Shown here: in pieces, positions 1 to 7,667 of the stretch
How the letters are laid out: every line of letters starts with the position of its first letter
How positions within the stretch are numbered: position 1 is the first letter of the stretch
Virus record (IMG/VR): IMGVR_UViG_3300033067_000125
Coordinates: 1-24,836 of that record
Source of the DNA: a virus
Taxonomy: Duplodnaviria > Caudoviricetes
Length of the DNA stretch: 24,836 nt
Direction: 5' to 3' (one strand)
Notes under the pieces: generated by a model
What the model was told of the DNA's origin: nothing
Databases searched by the model: none
What the model saw: only the letters and a program-made list of their open reading frames with translations
Translations under genes and position numbers: made by a program

Positions 1-362
1 TAATAGGAATCACCAATCAAACATTCGCGGGTAAATTGTTCATAAGCTTCAAGGTAATTACACTCACCTTTGGTCTTACAAAGATGTAGAATTTCACGTT
101 TGTAATTTTCTACACCATTTGTTTGTACTTCTTCTGCGAGTACTTTATTCGATCCGTAGTAGTCTTTCCAATCTGACTCTACCTTTGTACGTTTCTTTTT
201 GCCTTTTACTGTCTTAGTCTTCTGAGACCAAAATAGTTTCTTACCTACGTACAACTTGCCTGTTTTAAGGCAAGTGATTAAATATACGAATCCGTATACT
301 TCTTTAAATGTTTGGTCACCTAATTCGTAAGGTTCACCATTCATCGTCCATTGTGTTGTCAT
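1..362 (-). CDS. GIY-YIG-family nuclease (partial; 3' end runs off the window)
   Basis: Not in the ORF track. Manual translation from ATG at 362: MTTQWTMNGEPYELGDQTFKEVYGFVYLITCLKTGKLYVGKKLFWSQK...ESDWKDYYGSN...KREILHLC...YLEAYEQF. GFVY-x10-YVG matches the GIY-YIG signature. Confidence 0.8.
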   Translation of the reverse strand, partial: MTTQWTMNGEPYELGDQTFKEVYGFVYLITCLKTGKLYVGKKLFWSQKTKTVKGKKKRTKVESDWKDYYGSNKVLAEEVQTNGVENYKREILHLCKTKGECNYLEAYEQFTRECLIGDSY

Positions 363-507
363 GAGGATATTCCAAGTCTAGTTCCTCTTCTATATATGTG
401 TCTCCACAAAATGGACAATACAATGGCTCTTCGCCTACCTCATCAAAATTAAACTCAATGGTTGCTTCACATGAACATGATTTACATTCGTAAGTCTTTT
501 TTGTCAT
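334..507 (-). CDS. Small zinc-ribbon protein with acidic tail (57 aa)
   Basis: Manual translation MTKKTYECKSCSCEATIEFNFDEVGEEPLYCPFCGDTYIEEELDLEYPHDNTMDDEW, with CxxC...CPxCG. The start overlaps the glutaredoxin stop (ATGA) and the ORF fills the gap exactly. Confidence 0.8.
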   Translation of the reverse strand: MTKKTYECKSCSCEATIEFNFDEVGEEPLYCPFCGDTYIEEELDLEYPHDNTMDDEW

Positions 508-737
508 AGTGATTGATCTTTAATTTCTAAAAATATTTTTAGTTTATCAACGCCGCCAATTAGCTCTTCACCAGCAAATACTTGTGGTAATGAGCGTAGG
601 CCTTTACCTAAAAGGTAATCTCTACCAGCAGCATTAGTTTCTATATTGATCTCTGTAAATTCTACAAAGTTTTGTTCTAATAAACTCTTTGCAGTCACAC
701 AGTGCGGGCAGTTGTTCTTTGAATATACTATAATCAT
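504..737 (-). CDS. nrdC: Glutaredoxin (NrdC-like RNR reductant)
   Basis: YSKNNCPHC active site, SLPQVF cis-Pro motif, IGG; ATGA overlap with the nrdB stop. Confidence 0.93.
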   Translation of the reverse strand: MIIVYSKNNCPHCVTAKSLLEQNFVEFTEINIETNAAGRDYLLGKGLRSLPQVFAGEELIGGVDKLKIFLEIKDQSL

Positions 738-1858
738 AGTGATAGTCCTTTCATTGTTTCAGCTGAGACGTCTTGCTTAACGCCACCAGTGATGTAACTT
801 GTGATTTCAGTTTCTTGTGGAGCAACTTGAACGTTGCCACCACCAATCCACTTTTCTGTCCATGGCAAAGGATTTGATTGAGGTACACTATATGGTGAAG
901 TGTAACTTAATGCTCTCATACGGCGTGAACCAATCCACTCAACATAGTCACCTAACAAGCGTTCATTAAGACCAATCATTGAACCATCTTTGAAAAGGTA
1001 TTTAGCCCAGTCTTTTTCTTGCTCAATAGCTGATGTAAACATTGATAGGACTTGTGGCTCTGTTTCTTGACGAATACGAGCAAAGTCTAAATCATCTTTC
1101 AATAAGTGTTTAATGATAGATGTACTTGCAGCAAGGTGAGTGTTCTCATCACGCGCAATAAACTTAATAACCTTAGCATTACCTTCCATCTTCTTAAGCT
1201 CAGCAAACGCCCATGAACATGCAAAGGAAACATAAAAGCGAATTCCTTCGAGTATGTATACTGACATCAAACAAAGGAATAGTTTTTTCTTTAGTTCATA
1301 AAGGTCAATAACAATTGTTTTATCATTGACAATATGCTCACCGAATCCAAGTAACTCATACCAACGACTATAAGAAATAAAGTCGTCATAATATACAGAG
1401 ATGTCATGAGCGCAATCAAGAATAGGTTGAATAGTTTTGATTTCATCGAAAATCTTGCTCGGGTTTGCATAGATGTTACGAATGATATGAGTGTATGAGC
1501 GTGAATGAATTGTTTCAAAGAACGCCCATGTTTCCACCATCACCTCAAGTTCGGGCACAGACGCCATAGGTAGAAACGCAAGGTTAGGAGATCTACCTTG
1601 CACCGAGTCCAATAGGATCTGGCGCTTCAAGTTAGATGTAAAAATATGTTGCTCAAATTCATTGAGCGAAGCAAAGTCTTTACTATCTTTTGATAAATCC
1701 ATTTCTTCTGGGCGCCAAAAGAAACCCAATTGCTTATCGGTAATCTTTTCAAACTGTGGATATCGCACTGAGTCATATCGCGCAATATCAACTGACTCAC
1801 CGAAAAACATTGGTGACTCTAAATGACTTAGAGTCTTTAACTTAAATACTGATGACAT
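734..1858 (-). CDS. nrdB: Ribonucleotide reductase class Ia beta subunit
   Basis: FFWRPEE, LLDSVQGR, FETIHSRSY (radical Tyr), LEGIRFYVSF, RDENTH metal ligands, QVAPQETEITSY tail. Uninterrupted. Confidence 0.98.
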   Translation of the reverse strand: MSSVFKLKTLSHLESPMFFGESVDIARYDSVRYPQFEKITDKQLGFFWRPEEMDLSKDSKDFASLNEFEQHIFTSNLKRQILLDSVQGRSPNLAFLPMASVPELEVMVETWAFFETIHSRSYTHIIRNIYANPSKIFDEIKTIQPILDCAHDISVYYDDFISYSRWYELLGFGEHIVNDKTIVIDLYELKKKLFLCLMSVYILEGIRFYVSFACSWAFAELKKMEGNAKVIKFIARDENTHLAASTSIIKHLLKDDLDFARIRQETEPQVLSMFTSAIEQEKDWAKYLFKDGSMIGLNERLLGDYVEWIGSRRMRALSYTSPYSVPQSNPLPWTEKWIGGGNVQVAPQETEITSYITGGVKQDVSAETMKGLSL

Positions 1859-2014
1859 TTACCATTTTCCTAGTGGACACTTACTTGATGGTGGCATTAT
1901 CTTAAATAGGATAATGCAACCACAAGCTTTACATCTTTCAATTTGCTCTTTTGTAGACTTATCACATGTTTTACATATGTCGTATCTACGCTGTAATTCT
2001 TCTTTAATAGACAT
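1859..2014 (-). CDS. Small Cys-rich protein (51 aa) between nrdA and nrdB
   Basis: Manual translation MSIKEELQRRYDICKTCDKSTKEQIERCKACGCIILFKIMPPSSKCPLGKW, with CxxC...CxxCGC...CPxGKW. Its stop directly abuts the nrdB ATG. Confidence 0.8.
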   Translation of the reverse strand: MSIKEELQRRYDICKTCDKSTKEQIERCKACGCIILFKIMPPSSKCPLGKW

Positions 2015-2025
2015 ATGTATAACAA

Positions 2026-4326
2026 TTAGATTTTACACGATTCGCAATCTTCTTCGCCATCAACTGGTTCTGCTAACTTGTCTTCGATTTCTTTGAAGTC
2101 TCGTTCATGCATTTCGCCAGCACCATCATGAGTGTTGAAGTAGTATAGTTGCTTACCACCATACTTATAAAACATCACCAAGTGTTTAATCATTTCTGAC
2201 ATTGGTACTTTATGATCTTCATAGTTTTCTGGATTATATGAAGTGTTTACTGAGATACCTTGATCGATATACTTTTGCAACACTGCACAAATCTTTAGAT
2301 AACCTTCTGGTGATTTTTGATCCCACAGTAAATGATAGTGATTCTTTAACTTATGGTAACCTGGAACAACTTGAGCCATAACGCCATCCTTAGATTGCTT
2401 AAAGGATACTAATGCTCGTGGTGGTTCAATACCATTTGTTGAGTTACTAATCTGTGCTGATGTTTCAGCTGGCATTAATGCCATCAAGGTAGAGTTACGA
2501 ATACCGTATGTTTTTAGATCTTTACGTAAACCTTCCCAGTCCATACGTTCTTGATGTGGTACTAATTCATCCACTTCTTTCTTGTATGTTTGGTTAGGAG
2601 TAAGGCCTAACGAATACTTAGTTTCTTTCCACGCAGGACAAGCACCATATTCTTTTGCTAAATTGACAGACGCTTTGATCAAATAATATGACCATGCTTC
2701 AGTGTACTCATCAACAACTGGCAAAGCAGATTCATCATACTTTAGGCCACGTTTAGCAAGGAAGTATGCTAGGTTGATGATACCGTTGCCAAGAGGACGG
2801 CGATTTTTGGTTGATCGCTCTGCTGCTGGGACTGGGTACGATTGGTAGTCAAGCAAGGCGTCAAGGGCTCTGACTTGGAGGTCACAGTACTTTTCAAACT
2901 CATGTGGTGCGTTGATAAGTCCGTAGTTGGTGGCAGACAAAGTGCACAAACTGATTTCGCCATCGGTATCCTCTGATGATTTAAGTGGTTTAGTTGGTAA
3001 GTCGATTTCTGTACATAGGTTACTCATACGAATAGGAGCAACTTCTGGTATGAATGAGCCATGGCTATTAGCATGGTCTACGTTCATTAGGTAGATGCGA
3101 CCTGTGTCTTTACGTTCTGTCAAGAACTGTGAGAAGACTTCAAGTGCAGGTAAAACTTTCTTACGAATATCAGTACGTTGTTCGTACTTAATATACAACT
3201 CTTTGAACTTGTCTTGATCGGCAAAGAATGCATCGAACAAATCAGGAACATCATCAGGTGAGAATAGAGTAATGTTGCCACCAGTCAATAGACGTTCATA
3301 CATTGTCTTGTTGAATTGGAAGCAATAATCCATGTGGCGAACACGAGTTTCTTCAGTACCTTTATTGTTCTTTAGAACGATAAGGTTTTCAAACTCAAGA
3401 TGCCAAATAGGAATATAAACAGTTGCTGCGCCACCACGAACACCACCTTGTGAACATGATTTTACAGCAGCTTGGAAATACTTAAGGAATGGAATTAAGC
3501 CGGTATGAACAACGGAACCATCACCGATACGACTACCAATAGAACGAATGGCACCAGCGCCGATACCAATCCCAGCTTTCTTAGAAATGTAACGGACAAT
3601 CGAAGTCGACGTTGAATTGATGGAGTCCAAAGAATCGCCTGACTCAATAAGCACACAGCTACTAAACTGGCGAGTAGGAGTGCGAACGCCGGCCATGATT
3701 GGGGTAGGCAAACTGATATAAAATTGAGAAATTGCATCGTAGTAATCCTTAACGTATTTCATACGTGTATCACGAGGATAACGCATAAAGAGTGTCATAG
3801 CAATTAACATGTACAAGACTTGTGGTGTTTCATAAGGTACCTTATTAACACGGTCTTGAACCAAGTACTTACCACGGAATTGTTCCATGCCTACGTAAGT
3901 AAAATCGTTATCACGGTCATGTTTGATATAACGATCTAGCAAATCAATTTCTTGTTCAGTGAATTCAACCAGGACTTGACCATCATATACTCCACGCATA
4001 ACGTTTTGAGTGATGATAGTATTCAAACCCCAAGGCGTATATTCACCGTACACTTGCTTACGAATCTTGTAATTGACAAGACGAGCAGCAACATACTGAT
4101 AGTTTGGTGTATGCTCAGAAATAAGTTCTGCAGCAGATTTGATCAATAACTCATGAATGTCATCAGTTTGCATTCCATCATTGATCTGAATGTTAGACTT
4201 CAATTCAATCTCAGAGATTGAGACTCCATTGATGCCTTCACATGCCCACTCCAATACTTTATGGATTTTGTTCACGTCAAACGGTTCTTTGTTACCGTCT
4301 CTCTTTACTACATTAATATTTTGCAT
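2026..4326 (-). CDS. nrdA: Ribonucleotide reductase class Ia alpha subunit
   Basis: N-terminal ATP cone (VVKRDG), TRQFSSCVL, SQGGVRGG, SNLCTEI (thiyl Cys), PAETSAQISN, KQLYY, C-terminal CESCKI. No intron or intein apparent. Confidence 0.98.
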   Translation of the reverse strand: MQNINVVKRDGNKEPFDVNKIHKVLEWACEGINGVSISEIELKSNIQINDGMQTDDIHELLIKSAAELISEHTPNYQYVAARLVNYKIRKQVYGEYTPWGLNTIITQNVMRGVYDGQVLVEFTEQEIDLLDRYIKHDRDNDFTYVGMEQFRGKYLVQDRVNKVPYETPQVLYMLIAMTLFMRYPRDTRMKYVKDYYDAISQFYISLPTPIMAGVRTPTRQFSSCVLIESGDSLDSINSTSTSIVRYISKKAGIGIGAGAIRSIGSRIGDGSVVHTGLIPFLKYFQAAVKSCSQGGVRGGAATVYIPIWHLEFENLIVLKNNKGTEETRVRHMDYCFQFNKTMYERLLTGGNITLFSPDDVPDLFDAFFADQDKFKELYIKYEQRTDIRKKVLPALEVFSQFLTERKDTGRIYLMNVDHANSHGSFIPEVAPIRMSNLCTEIDLPTKPLKSSEDTDGEISLCTLSATNYGLINAPHEFEKYCDLQVRALDALLDYQSYPVPAAERSTKNRRPLGNGIINLAYFLAKRGLKYDESALPVVDEYTEAWSYYLIKASVNLAKEYGACPAWKETKYSLGLTPNQTYKKEVDELVPHQERMDWEGLRKDLKTYGIRNSTLMALMPAETSAQISNSTNGIEPPRALVSFKQSKDGVMAQVVPGYHKLKNHYHLLWDQKSPEGYLKICAVLQKYIDQGISVNTSYNPENYEDHKVPMSEMIKHLVMFYKYGGKQLYYFNTHDGAGEMHERDFKEIEDKLAEPVDGEEDCESCKI

Positions 4327-4358
4327 TGTTTATTTTAAAACTCCAAAGTTCAAAGTAT

Positions 4359-4387
4359 ATTATATCACACACCTAATTCGTTGTAAA
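4359..4387 (-). promoter_or_regulatory. Sigma70-type promoter for the nrd operon
   Basis: Minus strand TTTACA-17 nt-TATAAT with extended -10 (TGa-TATAAT), followed by a GGAG RBS upstream of nrdA. Confidence 0.85.
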
Positions 4388-4420
4388 TAGGCGTGATTAA
4401 AAATTTAAGCGGGATATGTG

Positions 4421-4996
4421 TTACGGGTTTAGCTTCTGTTGTTCACGGATCCACTCTTGCAATGCTTTTAGTTGCTGAGTGTTTTGGTGGCAGAGCCCGT
4501 AGTTTGCGATGACTGCGGTTGTTGCTTCAGAGAGTTTAACTTCTGAGGTTCTCGCATCAGTAGCTCCGATGGAGTCGGGAAGCTCGTTTTTCGCGGCAGC
4601 GTCGTGGAGCACGCTGTAAGAGTTAGGAAGCTGACACTTAGCATCAGCTTCATTAGTAACGTATTTCGAGATTGCATCATTGGTTTCCTTAACGACTGTA
4701 AGTTTATCTATATACTTCGTAACAACTTTTGTAGTTACTACAGCCTCTTTTTCTTTCAATTGTGCAATCTCTATTTGTTGTTCAAGTACCTTTTTCTGCC
4801 ATGATTCTTCATTAGCAATTCCACCTACCATGTACACTGAAAATAATAGGGTTGCAATAGAACCATATTTGATTGGTGTTGAGTAAGTGGCAATGAATGG
4901 AATTTTACTTAGAAGTGTGCCGGCAAATGTGCCAACCACAGCTAAGAGTAATAGACCAAAGAAGAACCAATCTGGCAAAAAAGATAACAAGAACAT
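4421..4996 (-). CDS. Inner-membrane spanin (Rz-like)
   Basis: Hydrophobic N-terminus, coiled-coil-like periplasmic part, two Cys (KCQLP, NYGLCHQN), C-terminal QLKALQEWIREQ; hosts an out-of-frame lipoprotein gene. Confidence 0.8.
   Translation of the reverse strand: MFLLSFLPDWFFFGLLLLAVVGTFAGTLLSKIPFIATYSTPIKYGSIATLLFSVYMVGGIANEESWQKKVLEQQIEIAQLKEKEAVVTTKVVTKYIDKLTVVKETNDAISKYVTNEADAKCQLPNSYSVLHDAAAKNELPDSIGATDARTSEVKLSEATTAVIANYGLCHQNTQQLKALQEWIREQQKLNP
4468..4680 (-). CDS. Outer-membrane lipoprotein spanin (Rz1-like), fully embedded in the i-spanin gene
   Basis: Signal peptide ending in lipobox LTA|C, Pro-containing mature part (FPTPSELLMREP), AAGGA RBS just upstream of the ATG; alternate frame within 4421-4996. 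Confidence 0.8.
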   Translation of the reverse strand: MMQSRNTLLMKLMLSVSFLTLTACSTTLPRKTSFPTPSELLMREPQKLNSLKQQPQSSQTTGSATKTLSN

Positions 4997-4997
4997 A

Positions 4998-6506
4998 TTA
5001 GCAATTCCATTTACGTAGAGCTAGAGCCTTACGTGTAGGTTCACCATTTGGTTTTTTCATTGGACCATCAACACCAGACATACGAGCGCAGAATGACTTA
5101 CGGCGTTTAGCAGCTTTACTTCCTGGCTTTAACTTTGATGGAGGAGTTGTAACAGCAGTCTTAAGGTTACCACCAGTCTTACGATTATAAGCATCAACAC
5201 CTTTTTGTGTTAATCCACCAGTAGAAGACTTATGACCTTTAGCATCAATAGCATATTCAAACAATTGATCGTCTTCAATAGACTCTAAACTTTCCCAAAC
5301 TGTTTCAGCATCAACATTATTTTCTAATGCTAATTCTGATACAAGTTCTTCGATTAAGTCAAATTGTTCATCAACTGATAACTCTTCGTTTGCTGCTTTA
5401 AAGTCTGCATCAGTTGGAGCACCTTTAGATCCTGGAGCACGCATCTTCTCGCCTGAACCATTTTTGATACGCTTGCGCTTAGCATGAATGTTTGCCCATA
5501 GGCCAGTCTTACCTTCTTCTAGTTCAACTGATTCTTTTACACATGAGCCTTTAGCACATGGTTTAGTTTTTGGTTTGCGCTTATAACCAGTCCAGCAATC
5601 ACACTCTTCGCTAAATTCTTTAAATGTTTGACGTTTCATTGGTTTCTTAGTTATAACTGACTTTTTACCAGCATCACCTTGTGTACCAGCAATAGATCCA
5701 CCACCTACGTTGTTACATGCAACTTCTTCATGTGTTGATAAAGATAGTTCATGGTGATGTTCAGCTTTCTCAGCGTGTTTATCTGCAGATGCAGAACGAC
5801 CTTTAGAATCATGCCACATAGACATTGCATCGTGGTGATTAGCCATGTGAGCGTGGTAAGATTTCTTATCACCTTTAGCATCAGCATCATTAGCTTTTGA
5901 TAGATGCTCTTCAGCTTCAGCGTGGTGATCAGTAGATTCATTAACCTTCTTTGGTTCTTCTTTCTTCTTTAGAAGATCTTCACCAGCTTTACGTTCACGA
6001 GCAGTTTTCTCTTGTTCACGTTGGAATGCTTGTTGAAGTTTCATAGCAGCAGTCATACGTACTTCGTCCAATTCAACTTCTTCATTAGTCTTCTTAGTAT
6101 GTTCTAAGTCACGCGTACCATGAACTTCAACGCTGTCATTCTTATCAGCCCAATCATGTAGATGCTCGTGGCTCTTAAATGTTTTACGCCATGGAGTACC
6201 CTTAGTACCTTTGATGCCGTGAGCTTCAATTGTATGACCTTTAGGTGTCACTGCTTCATCTAGATCTTCTTTAACAGCTTTGAAGTGAGTAGGTTTCAAC
6301 TGAATAGACTTACGTTCACCTGTAGTTTCATGGTGATCATAATCGACTGTATAAGTCTTAGGTGCACCTTTGTATAAACCCTTACGGATTTCACCAATGC
6401 GACCTTGCTTACCCTTTACATCAGCAGGGCCTTTATGAATAAGAACTTTGTCGCCAACTTTATGGGCTTCGTCCAATTGTTCTTCTAGTTCTTTAAACGT
6501 AATCAT
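4998..6506 (-). CDS. Modular putative internal head polyprotein (502 aa)
   Basis: N-terminus MITFKELEEQLDE resembles the T4 capsid-targeting sequence. Basic modules (KOW/SH3-like KVGDKVLIHKG, His-rich helix, CWxGY mini-domain, GLWANIHAKRKR, C-terminal GGLTQKG...RRKSFCARM...RKWNC) are separated by acidic LDE/VKE/VNE/LEE linkers. CDS is secure; function is inferred. Confidence 0.7.
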   Translation of the reverse strand: MITFKELEEQLDEAHKVGDKVLIHKGPADVKGKQGRIGEIRKGLYKGAPKTYTVDYDHHETTGERKSIQLKPTHFKAVKEDLDEAVTPKGHTIEAHGIKGTKGTPWRKTFKSHEHLHDWADKNDSVEVHGTRDLEHTKKTNEEVELDEVRMTAAMKLQQAFQREQEKTARERKAGEDLLKKKEEPKKVNESTDHHAEAEEHLSKANDADAKGDKKSYHAHMANHHDAMSMWHDSKGRSASADKHAEKAEHHHELSLSTHEEVACNNVGGGSIAGTQGDAGKKSVITKKPMKRQTFKEFSEECDCWTGYKRKPKTKPCAKGSCVKESVELEEGKTGLWANIHAKRKRIKNGSGEKMRAPGSKGAPTDADFKAANEELSVDEQFDLIEELVSELALENNVDAETVWESLESIEDDQLFEYAIDAKGHKSSTGGLTQKGVDAYNRKTGGNLKTAVTTPPSKLKPGSKAAKRRKSFCARMSGVDGPMKKPNGEPTRKALALRKWNC

Positions 6507-7096
6507 CTATAGATGTCCTCTACTGTTATGTATATTTTTTGTTTTGTAGATGGGTGGTAGACAGAGTAAATATTCACATCATTAAACTTACCTTGTGGAG
6601 GTGCACTTGCTTCATTGACCATAATCAATGAACCTTTGAATGCAACAAGTTCTCCAGTAATAGGAGACACTACATGTTCTGCTAACTTGTATTTACCTGG
6701 AAGTAGGTTCTCACCTTTAGTCATCCAAGTTTTTGATTCCGATAATGTATTGTCTAATGTAACACCTTGTTGTTCAAGGTATGCATTGAAGCCTTCAATA
6801 ATAGCTTCTTCTGACATTTTAGTATTCTCTTTAATCAACCAAAGCGCTGCAGCATATGATGCAAGTTTAGTTGAACCAAGAGGTACTTTATTAAGTAATC
6901 GTTTGATGTTATAAACTAAACGAAAGAATAGTGTATAAGCATCTTTCTCATCAGGTGTTGTTGCTTTACGTAACACCTTTCCATCTGCATCGATTAACCC
7001 AAGTTTGAATGCTTTAGTTTCATTCCATGGTGTAACCAATTGGCGTAGGAATCTAAACGTATAGTAGACATCTACTGCTCGTTGTAATATCGCCAT
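6503..7096 (-). CDS. Conserved hypothetical T4-like phage protein (197 aa)
   Basis: Long ORF translationally coupled on both sides. The TPWxxTxAFKLGLIDxxG motif is recalled from large T4-like phage late genes. Confidence 0.75.
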   Translation of the reverse strand: MAILQRAVDVYYTFRFLRQLVTPWNETKAFKLGLIDADGKVLRKATTPDEKDAYTLFFRLVYNIKRLLNKVPLGSTKLASYAAALWLIKENTKMSEEAIIEGFNAYLEQQGVTLDNTLSESKTWMTKGENLLPGKYKLAEHVVSPITGELVAFKGSLIMVNEASAPPQGKFNDVNIYSVYHPSTKQKIYITVEDIYR

Positions 7097-7464
7097 TAAA
7101 TTTTCCTTAATACTTCTACGACGTTTTGGTCTAGAGGTACTTCAACATATTGTTCTTCTGGTAGGTAATTTAAGTAGACAAGGAATGTCTTCAATACCGA
7201 CCAATTCTTTTCTTCAATCTTATAAAACATCATATGATTTGCTTCCTTAATACCAAACACATTATATAGTACTATCAAATGATTAAGGATTAGGCGTTCA
7301 GTCAATTCACCATTTGTCTCATAGCGATTAAACAACCTCTTCAAATATTTAAACCTTTGAAGATCTTCTTGAAATTCTTCTTCAGTCATACACTGAGGGT
7401 TGTTATAACTTTTTGCTGCAAAAAGCATAAAGTTTTTGCTATTCAGTTGTTCAAAACTTTTCAT
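7096..7464 (-). CDS. Conserved hypothetical T4-like phage protein (122 aa)
   Basis: AGGA RBS. YNNPQC...EEFQEDLQRFKYLKRLF...ERLILNHLIVLYNVFG is recalled from marine/freshwater T4-like phages. Confidence 0.8.
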   Translation of the reverse strand: MKSFEQLNSKNFMLFAAKSYNNPQCMTEEEFQEDLQRFKYLKRLFNRYETNGELTERLILNHLIVLYNVFGIKEANHMMFYKIEEKNWSVLKTFLVYLNYLPEEQYVEVPLDQNVVEVLRKI

Positions 7465-7472
7465 GATGTCCT

Positions 7473-7508
7473 AATAAAACATAACAGAGGGAATATTCCC
7501 TCTGTTAT
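7473..7508 (-). terminator. Probable intrinsic terminator or RNA hairpin built on a perfect 28-bp palindrome
   Basis: ATAACAGAGGGAATATTCCCTCTGTTAT (7481-7508) is self-complementary, lies directly after a stop codon and is followed on the minus strand by GTTTTATT. Confidence 0.6.
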
Positions 7509-7664
7509 TTACTCAACTACTGGAGTGTCTTCTTCAGGTTGGACAGGTTGTTGAGTTGTATCTAAACCTGTCACAGCCATTAGTAACTCACCAGTCTTAG
7601 CATCTGTCCATCCCATTTCAGTAGGGATAGCATCAGGTGCCCAGTGTGGTGCAGTTTGTGCCAT
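7509..7664 (-). CDS. Small hypothetical protein (51 aa)
   Basis: Manual translation MAQTAPHWAPDAIPTEMGWTDAKTGELLMAVTGLDTTQQPVQPEEDTPVVE; AGGA RBS; fills the gap after the 693-aa gene. Confidence 0.75.
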   Translation of the reverse strand: MAQTAPHWAPDAIPTEMGWTDAKTGELLMAVTGLDTTQQPVQPEEDTPVVE

Positions 7665-7667
7665 GGA

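Noticed and set aside
734-4326. Group I intron or intein in nrdA/nrdB, common insertion targets in T4-like phages
   Set aside because: Both ORFs are continuous and of normal length.
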